IMG/VR virus record: IMGVR_UViG_3300037237_000386
Location: 1-64,000 of that record
Source of the DNA: a virus
Reading direction: 5' to 3' (one strand)
Length of the DNA stretch: 64,000 nt
How positions within the stretch are numbered: the first letter of the stretch is position 1; each line of letters begins with the position of its first letter. The position numbers and the translations under genes were made by a program. The notes beneath the pieces were generated by a model, which was not told the DNA's origin, made no database searches, and saw only the letters and a program-made list of their open reading frames with translations. Shown one piece after another: positions 1 to 9,953 of this stretch.

Positions 1-134
1 TGCCCCCTGAAGCGCCCCGACCGCGACCGCACGGCGACGCCGGAGATCGTCCCACGCCGACAGCCGTCCCCAAGCCGACGTTCACGGCGCCCGCGGCACC
101 GTTCAAGCGGCTGCCGGAAAACGCGAGCGTCGAG

Positions 135-959
135 ATGATGCTGCAGGCGTTCTACGAGGGCATGGCGGCGTATGCCGGGCTCGTCGTGGAGTGCACGACG
201 CGCATGAGCGTGCAGGACGCGCGATTCGAGAAGGTGGAGGCGGAGGTGCTCGGGCAGAAGGGGAGCATCTTCCACATCACGGGGCGCGTGACTGCGTTGG
301 AGACTGCGGCGAACGACATTGCATCGGCGTCGAAGGCGAACCCGTCGCAGTTCGGCCCCCATCCTCCGCACAACCCCATCGTGCTGCCGCTGCCGCCGAT
401 GCGGCCGGAGATGGACAGCGCTCACCAGATGGTCGAAAGCGGGACGCAGAAGCTCGAGCTCGGCCTCCGCAAGCTGGCGAGCCAGTCGCCCGGGGACCCC
501 AATTCGGTCGTGGCTTCGCCGGAGAAGCTGGCGCTGATGTTCCGCCATGTGTTCGCGGAGGAGACGGCGCAACTGGAGGCGGCGCGCGCGCAGCGGCTGC
601 GGGATGCGGAGCTCGCGAAGTACAGGGCGGACGAGGCCGAGGCGCACGCGGAGGAGGCCAGGCGGAAGAAGAAGGCGAAGGAGGACGCGGAGGAGGAGGC
701 GAAGGAGGACCGACGTCGCCGAAGGAACATGTGGGCGAGCATCGCCGCTGCTGTCATCGGGGCGGCGCTCATCGGCGGGGGAGGGCTGCTCTGGGGCATC
801 GCGCGGCACGAGGCTGGGCTGGCCGAGGGCAAGGCGAACGCGCCGGTGGTCGTGACGACGGTGCCGGTGCCCATCCCGGTGCCCATGGGAACGCTTGCAC
901 CGCCGAACGCACCCGCTACGGCTACTGGTGCGGTCGCACCTGCGCCTCCGCACCACTGA
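135..959 (+). CDS. Membrane-anchored hypothetical protein (may start before the window)
   Basis: Charged coiled-coil, then a hydrophobic helix (MWASIAAAVIGAALIGGGGLLWGI) and a Pro-rich tail. Confidence 0.6.
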   Translation: MMLQAFYEGMAAYAGLVVECTTRMSVQDARFEKVEAEVLGQKGSIFHITGRVTALETAANDIASASKANPSQFGPHPPHNPIVLPLPPMRPEMDSAHQMVESGTQKLELGLRKLASQSPGDPNSVVASPEKLALMFRHVFAEETAQLEAARAQRLRDAELAKYRADEAEAHAEEARRKKKAKEDAEEEAKEDRRRRRNMWASIAAAVIGAALIGGGGLLWGIARHEAGLAEGKANAPVVVTTVPVPIPVPMGTLAPPNAPATATGAVAPAPPHH

Positions 960-971
960 AGGGGAACCCCC

Positions 972-1198
972 ATGGACGGCGTCGTGATGCTCTTCGTGCA
1001 CATCCTCGTGATGGTGCTGGTGTTCGCGCTGCTCTACTGGCGCTCGTTTGCGGGCTGCTGCCGCAGCCGCCGCAGAGCATCGTGAGGGTGGTGCTGATCA
1101 TCCTGCTGGTGCTCATCGCCATCTCGATGCTGCTGGGCGAGGCGGGGGTGTGGGGCGAGTGGGGGTACGGCTTCCACGGCAGGCATCCGCGGCTCTGA
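972..1198 (+). CDS. Small two-TM membrane protein, frameshifted near 1039
   Basis: MDGVVMLFVHILVMVLVFALLYW continues as ALVCGLLPQPPQSIVRVVLIILLVLIAISMLLG if one G is restored (TGGCG to TGGGCG). Confidence 0.55.
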
Positions 1199-1235
1199 CG
1201 CGGGACCTGATAGCCTCGGGGGCAGGAGAAGCCCC

Positions 1236-1694
1236 ATGGACCTCAACGCCGTCGTCGCCGCGGTTCGTTCGCACAACTGGCTGCTGCTCGTGATGTTCGC
1301 GGCGATGTACGCGCGGACTCTCTTCAGCGACAAGAGCAAGTTCCCCAAGACGCTGAGCCCGAACTGGCTGCCCGTCTTCAGCGGGATCGCGGGCTCGGTC
1401 GTCATCGCGGACACGGCGCTGATGGGGGGCAAGGACTGGCAGGTGGCAGCGATGCTCGGGGTCGCCGGGTTCGTCGGCGGCGGGTTCCTCGACGGGATGG
1501 CGAGCGCGTTCTTCGGAGATCCGGCGAAGGTGCCGACGTGGGCGAAGATGGCGACGGGTCTCATCGACAGCCTGTTCGGGCACGCGGCCGGCGTGAGTGT
1601 GAAGCAGGTGACGACCGTGACGGCGACGACGGGGGACGGGACGACGCCGACGAGCGACACGCTGACCGTGAACGCGAGCGAGACGAAGAAGTAA
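1236..1694 (+). CDS. Holin-like multi-TM membrane protein
   Basis: RBS GGAG, about 3 hydrophobic segments, polar C-terminus. Confidence 0.5.
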   Translation: MDLNAVVAAVRSHNWLLLVMFAAMYARTLFSDKSKFPKTLSPNWLPVFSGIAGSVVIADTALMGGKDWQVAAMLGVAGFVGGGFLDGMASAFFGDPAKVPTWAKMATGLIDSLFGHAAGVSVKQVTTVTATTGDGTTPTSDTLTVNASETKK

Positions 1695-1914
1695 GGGTCG
1701 CGCGCGGGAGAGCTGCTCGCGAACGCGCCGTAGGCGCGTGAGGGAGCGGGGTGTGGGTCCAGGGACCTCTGCTCTGCCAGGAGCACACAAGGGATCAAGG
1801 ACTCGCTTCGCTCGCCCTCGTCCCCCTTCCTCGTTTCTAACGAACCAAGGAAAGCTCTGGTTATGCAGCGCTTCTTAGAGAGTCGCGCACGTGCACGCGC
1901 GAGGAGCAGTCGGA

Positions 1915-1930
1915 GGAAACCCGGGTTTCC
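1915..1930. repeat. 16-bp palindrome GGAAACCCGGGTTTCC, copy 1
   Basis: Exact match; intergenic; 11 nt before CATGAC-N7-GTG. Confidence 0.95.
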
Positions 1931-1954
1931 CTCGCAGGCGGCATGACCGGTGGT

Positions 1955-2071
1955 GTGAAGTTCCAAGAGACGCACGGGGGCAGCTACACGCCTGAGTACC
2001 GAGCTTGGATTGGGATGCGCGGGTGCCGTTTGCGGAGAGGGTGGCCTGTTGACCGGGCTCTTGGTGCATGA
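1955..2071 (+). pseudogene. Internally deleted phage HNH-type endonuclease relic
   Basis: THGGSYTPEYRAWIGMR (typical N-terminus) joined directly to RLRRGWPVDRAL (typical C-terminus); TGA overlaps the helicase ATG. Confidence 0.55.
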
Positions 2072-3540
2072 CGACCGTCCGTGTGGTGGTCGATTCGAGG
2101 GTGTGCGTGGAGGCGCGTGCGTTGACGGCGGAGGCGACCGAGGCGCTGAAGGCGACTGCGGAGCACCACAACGCGAAGCACGCGATGATGCGGAAGATGC
2201 GGCTGCCCACGAAGGGCGAGCCGGCCATCATCAAGACGTGGACGTTGGAGGACCACGGTGAGTGGCTGACGTTCCCGCGGGGTGCCAGGGTGCGCGTCGA
2301 GAAGGTGCTCCGGGACAAGGGCGTCGACTTCGAGTTGGAGGACCGGAGGACGCAGGGCGACGACGCGGCGGAGGGTCGCATCCCGGACCACGGCGTCGAG
2401 CTTTGGGCACATCAACGCGAGGCGCTGGAGGCGGCGTACGCGGCGGAGACGTGCGTTGTGCGCGCCCCCACGGGCTCGGGCAAGACGACGCTGGGCATGG
2501 CGCTGGCGAGCCGCGTGAACCTGCCGACGATGGTCATCGTCCCCACCCGGGGGATCTTCGACCAGTGGGTGGAGCGCGCCGGCAAGGAGCTCGGGCTCGA
2601 GGGCGCGGACCTCGGCATCGTGCATCAGGGGACGAGGCGACTGCGGCCGCTCACCGTCGCGATGCAGGGGACGCTCGCGGCGCACGGCGTGGACGAGGAG
2701 ATGGCGGACTACTTCGGGTTCGTGCTCTGCGACGAGGCGCAGCTGTTCGCGGCCAAGACGTTCTTCGCGGCGGTCGACCCGTTCCACGCGAAGTATCGAA
2801 TTGCCGTCTCGGCTGACGAGCGGCGCAAAGACAAGAAGGAGTTCCTGACTCACGACTTGTTCGGGCCGTGCGCGGCGGACATCAAACTAGCGGACGTCGA
2901 GAAGGCCGGGCACGTGATGGACGTCGAGATAGCCGTCGTGCCGACGCGCTTCGAGGCGGACTGGTACGGGGTGCCCGAGGCCGGGAAGGAGCTCGACTTC
3001 GACCGGCTGCTGAAGGAGATGGCGGCCGACGAGGACAGGAACGCGCTCGTGCTCCGGCACGTGAAGGTGGAGATCGCGTTCGGGCATCAGGTGCTCGTCA
3101 TGGCTCACCAGCGCGAGCACTGTCAGACGCTGGCGACGGCGCTGACGGCGGACGGGCTGCGCGCTGGGTTCCTCATCGGGGGACCGGACTACCGAGCGGA
3201 GTTTGTGCAGACGAAGTCGAGGCTCACGAGCGGCGAGGTGCAGGTGGGGGTGGGAACCTTCAAGGCCATCGGCACCGGCATCGACATGCCGGCGGTGGAG
3301 CGCGTGGCAGCGGCGACTCCCGTGGCCGCGAACCGACAGTTTTTCAATCAGGTGCGCGGTCGTGCGTGCCGGAGCTCGAAGGGCAAGAAGCCGCCGCGGA
3401 TGACGTACTTCTGGGACGAGCGGGTGTTCGGGTTGAAGCACCTGCAGAACATCGTGCAGTGGAACCGGACGGTGAGCGTGCGGCACGCGGGTGGATGGGT
3501 GGAGGGGCGCGAATACCTGCGAGCGCGGCGCAAGGGTGAG
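2068..3540 (+). CDS. Superfamily 2 DExx-box helicase (as assembled, the ORF continues in frame to 4647)
   Basis: APTGSGKT Walker A, DEAQ motif II, TGIDMP and QVRGRACR motifs V/VI; end position approximate. Confidence 0.85.
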
Positions 3541-3618
3541 GAGCCGCGGCATGATTCGCCGGCACCGAAGCAGGAGAGTAAGTTGGCAGTTCACGACTCC
3601 GAAGGAGAGAAGCGCCCG

Positions 3619-4647
3619 ATGAAGAAGCGAAGCGAAGTGAGGAAGCCTGCGCAGCAGACGACGCTCGACAACGCACCCGAGACGGTGACGCCCGCGGCGA
3701 CGGGGAAGAAGGGCGGGATCGCCATCTTCCAGTGCGAGTGCGGGTTGAAGCAGGGCAAGGACGTCATCGAGGGCAACGACGGCAAGTGCCTGCGGTGCGA
3801 CAAGTCGGTGGACACGAGCGGCGAGCCGCAGAGCACCGTCGCGACGAAGGCGAACGGCGCCGCTGCACCCGTGCAACCCGCGGAGACGGCGAAGCCTGCG
3901 GAGAAGGACCCGTGGGAGCTGACGCCTGAGGGGCAGAAGGCGGCGGACGCGGCGCGCGCGGAGAAGGCGAAGGGTCGCGTGGAGACGGGCGGAGAGGTGC
4001 CGCTGGCGGCGCTGTCCACCGTCGTGAACGAGCTCGGCGTCATCCTCAGTGTGTTCCACCTGGCGAGCATGACGCCGGAGCAGCGTCGGGGAGTTGCCGT
4101 GTGGGCGCAGGCGAAGCCGGGAACGATCCCGCTACCCGAGTGCCTGGCGGAGTTCGCGACGACGACGGCTTACGTCGAGCACGTGGTCCCCGAGGAGACG
4201 AAGAAGCGGGTGAAGAAGCCGGAGCCCGAGCTGGTGCCGAGTCACGTCGCCGGGACGGGGGAGGCCACGCCGACGCAGGAGACGACGTTGGCGGAGACGA
4301 GGACCAGGGCGCGCGCGGCTGTCGCTGCTCCCCCCAACGAGGTTCCCGCGACTGCGGAGGCCAGGGTCGTCGTGCGGGACGTCCACAATCACGCAAGCGC
4401 GGAGACGGTGCGCGTCGTGTGGGGCGAGGAGAAGTACGGTCTCAAGGGGAGCTTCTCCATGTGCACGGTCGGGCCCTTCGAGGCGACGACGAGCATCCGC
4501 CCGGGTGAGACGCGCAGCGACGCGATGGCGAGGCTCGAGGCGGAGCTGAACGAGCACGCGGAGGAGGCGCGTGAACGGAAGGTCGCGAGCTTTGCCGCGA
4601 AGTTCAAGGCGATGAAGGCGGAGATCACTGGCGCGGAGGCCAACTGA
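3619..4647 (+). CDS. Zn-ribbon hypothetical protein (own RBS, in frame with the helicase)
   Basis: GAAGGAG before ATG; CECG and CLRC; N-terminus MKKRSEV shared with the gene at 20104. Confidence 0.6.
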   Translation: MKKRSEVRKPAQQTTLDNAPETVTPAATGKKGGIAIFQCECGLKQGKDVIEGNDGKCLRCDKSVDTSGEPQSTVATKANGAAAPVQPAETAKPAEKDPWELTPEGQKAADAARAEKAKGRVETGGEVPLAALSTVVNELGVILSVFHLASMTPEQRRGVAVWAQAKPGTIPLPECLAEFATTTAYVEHVVPEETKKRVKKPEPELVPSHVAGTGEATPTQETTLAETRTRARAAVAAPPNEVPATAEARVVVRDVHNHASAETVRVVWGEEKYGLKGSFSMCTVGPFEATTSIRPGETRSDAMARLEAELNEHAEEARERKVASFAAKFKAMKAEITGAEAN

Positions 4648-5144
4648 TGGCCGCGGCGGCGGTCACGTCGTTCGTGGACGCGGAGACGAGGGAGAGCGCG
4701 CGGAACCTGGAGGCCTGGGTGGGCAGCAAGGACCGCAGGGAGAAGCCCAAGACCATCGCGGATGCGCAGTGGCGCAAGGCGCGCGAGTGGGCGGAGGGGG
4801 CGATGCGCGACGGGGACTGGAGCGAGGCGCTGCCCCGGCACTTCGTCGCGGCGTACGAGTTGCTCCACGAGCGGACGTACGGCGTGGCCCCGGCGGAGCT
4901 GACACCCGCGGTGCGCTTGCAGGCGGCGGGGCTCGCCGCGGCGATGCTCCGGAAGGAGTTTGACGACGACCCGGAGGAGATGGCGGAGTTCCTTCGGTGG
5001 ACTTGGAATCAGGAGGCCAAGACGGAGAAGTGGCGCCGGGCGAACAACCGGGACGGAAGGCGTATCGGCTTCCGTTTGCAGTTCACGGGCGCGCTGCTGA
5101 CCGACTACCGCATCTCGAAGAAGCGAAGGGCCGGGGCGCGATGA
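4647..5144 (+). CDS. Hypothetical protein in the replication module
   Basis: Translationally coupled ORF (TGATG). Confidence 0.6.
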   Translation: MAAAAVTSFVDAETRESARNLEAWVGSKDRREKPKTIADAQWRKAREWAEGAMRDGDWSEALPRHFVAAYELLHERTYGVAPAELTPAVRLQAAGLAAAMLRKEFDDDPEEMAEFLRWTWNQEAKTEKWRRANNRDGRRIGFRLQFTGALLTDYRISKKRRAGAR

Positions 5145-5563
5145 GCTTCTGGTACGACGCGAAGTGGCGCATGCGCATGCTCGCGGCCAAGGGCATGAGT
5201 CTGGACGGCGTGCGCATGGGCGATCTGGGGACGGGGCAGGTGTACGAGGTGGTGCAGCCGCGGTGGTGGCAGCTGCGGCGGTGGTGGAAGTGGCTGCGGG
5301 CACCGGGGGAGGTGACGGCGACGCTGCACGGGCCGGACGGCAAGCCCAGGCTCGTGCGCCTGCGTGCGGTGTTCGTCGTGCCGCCCAAGCCCCACGACAT
5401 TCCCGTGGGCGACGGCGACGAGCTCCTCGGCGCGAGGACGGTGCGGGCGACGGCGGTGGACCCTCTGAAGCTCGCGCGGCGGGGACACGATCCGCACCAT
5501 CGGGCGACGCCGGACCGCGTGCTTGAGCGGAACGGCGTGACGACGCGCGACCGGCTGAACTGA
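5141..5563 (+). CDS. Hypothetical protein
   Basis: ATGA overlap with the previous gene. Confidence 0.55.
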   Translation: MSFWYDAKWRMRMLAAKGMSLDGVRMGDLGTGQVYEVVQPRWWQLRRWWKWLRAPGEVTATLHGPDGKPRLVRLRAVFVVPPKPHDIPVGDGDELLGARTVRATAVDPLKLARRGHDPHHRATPDRVLERNGVTTRDRLN

Positions 5564-5576
5564 GGGAGCCCGAGAC

Positions 5577-7100
5577 ATGGCCCGAAGGGAACGCGAGGAG
5601 CAGGAGGCGGCGGAGCGCCCGCGGGGGCGCAAGCGCGGCGCGCGCGAGTCGATGCAGGAAGTCATCGACGTGCCGCACGACGTCGGAAACGAGCAGGTGG
5701 TCATCGCGGCGGCGTGCGTCGACCCCGCTTCGCGCGCGTGGCTGGCCAAGAAGCTGCCGAGGCCGGACTACTTCCTCCACGTCGCGCATCGCCCGATCTG
5801 GACGGCGCTGCTGGAGCTCGAACGCCGGCACCTGGAGTACGACCCGGCGACCCTCAAGCAGCTGGCCGGGGCGGAGGTGGACGTCGCGTACGTGGGGCAG
5901 CTCACTGAGGCCCGCCCCGAGGCGCCTGGCGAGGTGAACCTGGCCCACCACGTGGAGGCGGTCTATTGGGACCGCCAGCGCGCCCAGGCGGTCCAGGGGC
6001 CCGTCAGTGCGCTTGTGGACGCGCTCCGGCACCCGGAGAGCCCCCCGGAGCGGGTACGCGCCCTGGCGGGCCACGTGCGCGACGCGTTCGGGGGAGTCGC
6101 GACGACGCACCTGCGCGACGGGGCGCAGCTCGTGGCCGAGCAGATGGCGGTCGTGCGAGGACGCAAGGACACCCCTACTTGGAGCTACGGTATTCCGGGC
6201 TTGGACCTCTGGCCCGAGGGCGAGCGGGACCCGAAGGGCGAGGACGTCGGCGGGACGGCGAGGATGATCCCGGGTAGCGCGCCGGCCCAGGTGACCGTGG
6301 TGACGGCGCTGAGCGGTTCGGGCAAGACGACGCTGACGGCGAGGATGGTGCTCGGCATCGCGCGGCAGAAGCGGCGGGTGCTCTACGGGGCGTGGGAGCC
6401 GGGCGCGGGCAACAGCCTGGATCTCCTCGCGGCGATGGCGCTCGGGTGGAACCTGAAGGACCTGCAGACGGGCAACCTGTCTGCCGAGGACGAGGTGGAG
6501 TTGGAAGAGACGATGCACGAGATCGTGAAGGTGGTGACCTTCATGGAGAACCCGTTTTGGCGGGCGATGAACGACAAGCACCAGAGCAACGCGCGGAACC
6601 TCGACGTCGTGCAGCAGCACATCGTCGACAGCGGGTGCGACGTGTTCGTGGCGGACCTCTGGGAGCGGTGCCTCGTCACGGACGAACCGAGCGAGGAGAA
6701 GCGCGCCCTCTTCCGACAGCAGGCGATGGCCGTCGAGACCAAGACGCATCACTTCCTGCTCGCGCAGCAGCTCCTCAAGCAGGTGGAGAACCGGACGAAC
6801 AAGAAGCCGACGCGCGCGGACATCAAGGGCTCGAGCGCGTGGGTGGACGTCGGCGACACGATCCTGGCACCGCACCGCCCGGCGCTGCACCGGAACGTGG
6901 ACGACGACAAGCTGGAGGTGGTCATCCTGAAGCAGCGACGTGGGCGCTGGCCGCTCTGCGTCGAGTTCGATTGGGACGCGGAGTACGGGAGCATCGAGGG
7001 GGGCAGGAGCATCCCTTACGAGCACCCGGGCGAGGACGGCAGCGACATGGACGCGTTCCGCCCGCCGCAGCGGAGCGGCAAGAAGGGCAAGAGACGATGA
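5577..7100 (+). CDS. dnaB: Replicative DnaB-like helicase
   Basis: N-terminal EQVVIAA...FLHVAHRPIW domain; ALSGSGKTT Walker A; KPTRADIKGS; ILKQRRG. Confidence 0.88.
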   Translation: MARREREEQEAAERPRGRKRGARESMQEVIDVPHDVGNEQVVIAAACVDPASRAWLAKKLPRPDYFLHVAHRPIWTALLELERRHLEYDPATLKQLAGAEVDVAYVGQLTEARPEAPGEVNLAHHVEAVYWDRQRAQAVQGPVSALVDALRHPESPPERVRALAGHVRDAFGGVATTHLRDGAQLVAEQMAVVRGRKDTPTWSYGIPGLDLWPEGERDPKGEDVGGTARMIPGSAPAQVTVVTALSGSGKTTLTARMVLGIARQKRRVLYGAWEPGAGNSLDLLAAMALGWNLKDLQTGNLSAEDEVELEETMHEIVKVVTFMENPFWRAMNDKHQSNARNLDVVQQHIVDSGCDVFVADLWERCLVTDEPSEEKRALFRQQAMAVETKTHHFLLAQQLLKQVENRTNKKPTRADIKGSSAWVDVGDTILAPHRPALHRNVDDDKLEVVILKQRRGRWPLCVEFDWDAEYGSIEGGRSIPYEHPGEDGSDMDAFRPPQRSGKKGKRR

Positions 7101-7297
7101 TCAACCGAGACGCGTTGCTGGGGGAGTTGGAAGAGTGGATCGAAGGCACGCCACTGCCAGATGACGCCACGATGAGCCATGCGCGTGCCCTGGGTGGGGC
7201 GAAGGGCAGGGCGCTTTTGCACCTCGGGCAGCTGCGTGCGGCGCTGCTGAATCTGGACCACGTGGTCGCCGGGAGACGAGACGGAGAACGCGGATGA
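7097..7297 (+). CDS. Hypothetical protein
   Basis: Coupled small ORF. Confidence 0.45.
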   Translation: MINRDALLGELEEWIEGTPLPDDATMSHARALGGAKGRALLHLGQLRAALLNLDHVVAGRRDGERG

Positions 7298-7548
7298 GCG
7301 AGTCGAAGAACCGGAGGCGGAAGAACAAGGCGAGGCGTGAGCGCATCAACGCGAACCGGAGAGCGCTCGCAAAGGCGACGTTCAGCGGCGAGATCGGACG
7401 CTACGAGGGGGTGTCCTTCTTCACGGGAGGTAAACCGTTCGACGAGATGCTCGACGAGATGGTGGAGGCGAGGATGCGGCGTGCGCAGTACGGCGGGCGC
7501 AAGGGCTGTTCGGCGCAGCGCTGGCTGGAGAAGTGGGACTTCGAGTGA
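7294..7548 (+). CDS. Hypothetical protein
   Basis: RBS GGAG, coupled ORF. Confidence 0.5.
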   Translation: MSESKNRRRKNKARRERINANRRALAKATFSGEIGRYEGVSFFTGGKPFDEMLDEMVEARMRRAQYGGRKGCSAQRWLEKWDFE

Positions 7549-8480
7549 AGCTCGACGTCGAGGACGTGCTGCGGCGCCTCGGCATCGAGGGCAAGCAGGC
7601 GGGGGACCACATCGTCGCGCTCTGCCCGTTCCATGACGACAGCAGCCCGAGCTGGCGCATCCGCCGGCGCGGGGCGAAGAAGGGCCTGCACCACTGCCAG
7701 GCGTGCAAGGAGGGCGGCGACGTCGTCAGCCTCGTGATGCACCTGAAGGGGTACGGCACGCGCGAGGGTGCGACGGCGTGGCTGACGCGCGAGGGCCAGG
7801 AGGTGACGGAGGCGGACCTGCAGATCGAGCCGGTGCGCCTGGTCGTTGGGGACCACGTGCGCCGGGAGTTCCGTATGCCGCCGGGCTTCGAGGGGGCGGG
7901 CAAGATGGTCGACTGGCCGGACGCGGTCGCGGAGTACGCGGCGAGCCGGGGCATGAGCGCCGCCCAGGTGGCGCGGTGGAGCGTCGGCTACGCGCTCGAG
8001 GGTCGCCTCAAGGGACGCCTGGTCGTGCCTATCCGCGACGCGCGGGGAGCACCGAGGAGCTACGTGGGGCGGACCTTCGTCGGGGCGGAGCGGCGGTACC
8101 TCTACCCGCGCGAGGAGGAGAAGCCGGACATGGGCGCGATGTTCGGGGAGGAGCACTGGCCTCCGCCGGAGAAGCGGCTGCTCGTGGTCGTGACGGAGGG
8201 GGCGCTGAAGGGGCTCGCCGTCGAGCGGGCGTTCCCGATCCCGCACGCGGCGGTCGGCGGGTCGGGGCTGCGCCTGCAGCACCTGGCGAAGCTCGCGACG
8301 TTCAGGATCGTGGTCGTGATGACGGACGAGGACGAGGCCGGCAGGAACCTACGCGACGAGCTCGCCGGGTCACTCGCCCGGCGCGTGGGAGTGCAGCATG
8401 TTAGGTTGCCGGAAGGACAGGACGCGGACTCGATGAGCAGGGAGGCGCTGCGTGGAAAGCTCGGACCCGCCCTCGGATGA
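7545..8480 (+). CDS. dnaG: DNA primase (CHC2 zinc finger plus Toprim)
   Basis: CPFHDDSSPS...CQAC; VTEG and DEDEAG Toprim motifs. Confidence 0.88.
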   Translation: MKLDVEDVLRRLGIEGKQAGDHIVALCPFHDDSSPSWRIRRRGAKKGLHHCQACKEGGDVVSLVMHLKGYGTREGATAWLTREGQEVTEADLQIEPVRLVVGDHVRREFRMPPGFEGAGKMVDWPDAVAEYAASRGMSAAQVARWSVGYALEGRLKGRLVVPIRDARGAPRSYVGRTFVGAERRYLYPREEEKPDMGAMFGEEHWPPPEKRLLVVVTEGALKGLAVERAFPIPHAAVGGSGLRLQHLAKLATFRIVVVMTDEDEAGRNLRDELAGSLARRVGVQHVRLPEGQDADSMSREALRGKLGPALG

Positions 8481-8661
8481 CGACGCGAAGGCGCGCATGC
8501 GGCGCCTGATGGTCAAGCACGCGGGTCATTCGGCGGAGGCGGCGCGCGAGCTCGGCATCAGTCGCATGGAGCTCTCGCGCCGGCTGCGCAAGCTCGGCAT
8601 GGGCAAGCTGCCTGCCGAGGAGAGGGCTCGGGCCGCGAAGCGGTTCAGGCTCACGGGTTGA
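8452..8661 (+). CDS. Fis-type HTH protein
   Basis: GHSAEAARELGISRMELSRRLRKLG. Confidence 0.7.
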   Translation: MESSDPPSDDDAKARMRRLMVKHAGHSAEAARELGISRMELSRRLRKLGMGKLPAEERARAAKRFRLTG

Positions 8662-8714
8662 CGACGTGCGAGCGCGGCAAGAGAAAGCGCGCCATCATCA
8701 AGGCAAGGAGACAC

Positions 8715-9023
8715 GTGGCCTACCAGCGACATGCGATGACGGCGAGGATCGAAGTGGAGCCCGCGAAGGTGGCCCTCGAGATCCTGAAGGCGTACCGGGA
8801 CGCGGCGTGCTCGCAGAAGGCGGCGGCCGAGGCCCTGGGCACGCGCGAGGAGACGCTCATCCGGTGGATTCGTCGCGTGGACGCGAAGCTGGGCGAGGAC
8901 GCGAGCTTCAAGGGCAGGACGCTGCGCGAGCGGCTGGCGAGCGTGAAGGTGGAGGCGAAGAAGGACGGGTGGCACCACGACCTCAACACGCGCGGCGGAC
9001 GCCCGAAGGCGGCGGTGGCGTGA
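8715..9023 (+). CDS. HTH DNA-binding protein
   Basis: RBS AAGGAG; SQKAAAEALGTREETLIRWIRR. Confidence 0.7.
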   Translation: MAYQRHAMTARIEVEPAKVALEILKAYRDAACSQKAAAEALGTREETLIRWIRRVDAKLGEDASFKGRTLRERLASVKVEAKKDGWHHDLNTRGGRPKAAVA

Positions 9024-9538
9024 GCAACGCAGCTCGGCACCTCGACGGGCACTTCGAGCGCGCGGCCATGGCGGGCAGCGCGGCGGCGAAGCTGCGCGAC
9101 CTGGCGCGGGGCAAGGCGGTGCGCGTCGTGCGCGAGCTGGAGAGGCGGCTCGTCGAGGCTCTCGACGGAGGGACGTTGCGGGGCCTGCGGACGCTCGCGC
9201 CCGAGGAGGCGGGACCCTACTACGCGGCGAACGTGCGCGTCGGCGGGAGGCACGGCATTGACACGTGGCTGCGCGGCGAGGACGTGCTCTGCATCGACAA
9301 GGACGGGCGGCTCGTCATGGCGGGGTTGTGGGACGACGGTCCGGTCCCCGTGTCGTACGTGCGGGCGCACCCGGCGAGGGACGAGGAGCTGCGCGCGGAG
9401 GACGCGGAGGCGATGGCGAGCGCCGTGCGCCAGGTGCTGGAGCGGCACGCCGCGGCGAGCGCGAGGACCGGGGAGAGGCACGCCCGGGCGGGGGCGGCGG
9501 CCGAGGAGCTGGCCCGAGCCCTCGGGATGACCCTCTGA
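9020..9538 (+). CDS. Hypothetical protein
   Basis: GTGA overlap; typical codon usage. Confidence 0.55.
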   Translation: MSNAARHLDGHFERAAMAGSAAAKLRDLARGKAVRVVRELERRLVEALDGGTLRGLRTLAPEEAGPYYAANVRVGGRHGIDTWLRGEDVLCIDKDGRLVMAGLWDDGPVPVSYVRAHPARDEELRAEDAEAMASAVRQVLERHAAASARTGERHARAGAAAEELARALGMTL

Positions 9539-9559
9539 AACCGCGGGGTTCGGGCTGAG

Positions 9560-9575
9560 GGAAACCCGGGTTTCC
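9560..9575. repeat. 16-bp palindrome, copy 2
   Basis: Exact; 20 nt upstream of TTGACA. Confidence 0.95.
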
Positions 9576-9595
9576 CCCGACCCAAAGAAACAAGG

Positions 9596-9631
9596 TTGAC
9601 AACCTTGCGGGTCGGATTCATACTGCTTCCC
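9596..9631 (+). promoter_or_regulatory. Sigma70-type promoter, probably leaderless
   Basis: TTGACA-17nt-CATACT-7nt-ATG(9632). Confidence 0.8.
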
Positions 9632-9901
9632 ATGGACAGCACGACGAACCCGACGGCAGGCCTGACGGTGACGCGCGAGGACGGTTACTTCTGCGCCCGC
9701 CAGGAGGCCGAGATGAAGACGATCGCGGTGGTTGCAGCACCTACGCCCGCCGGTTATGCGCAGCGGGCCGTTTTTGCCACCACGGAGCTTGGTGCCATCC
9801 GGCGTGCCCGCCAATTGGAGGGTCAGGTCATCGTCGTCGCTTGGCCTGCCGCTGGCTCCAGGGCGCCGTACTGGACCGTGGCCGTTCGGGTGGCGTCGTG
9901 A
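9632..9901 (+). CDS. Hypothetical protein (leaderless)
   Basis: ATG 7 nt after the -10 box. Confidence 0.55.
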   Translation: MDSTTNPTAGLTVTREDGYFCARQEAEMKTIAVVAAPTPAGYAQRAVFATTELGAIRRARQLEGQVIVVAWPAAGSRAPYWTVAVRVAS

Positions 9902-9953
9902 GGCGAATCGAGCAACGGACCGCGTACCCGATGAGCGACGGGGAGACACGACC

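Noticed and set aside
2068-4647. Genuine 859-aa helicase fusion
   Set aside because: An internal RBS and ATG at 3619 and a near-stop at AAGGGTGA favour two genes; not excluded without reads
4389-7025. Long minus-strand ORFs (also 10773-12776, 24925-26883, 39714-41540, 58637-60988)
   Set aside because: Antisense shadows of high-GC genes; Arg/Pro-rich with no motifs
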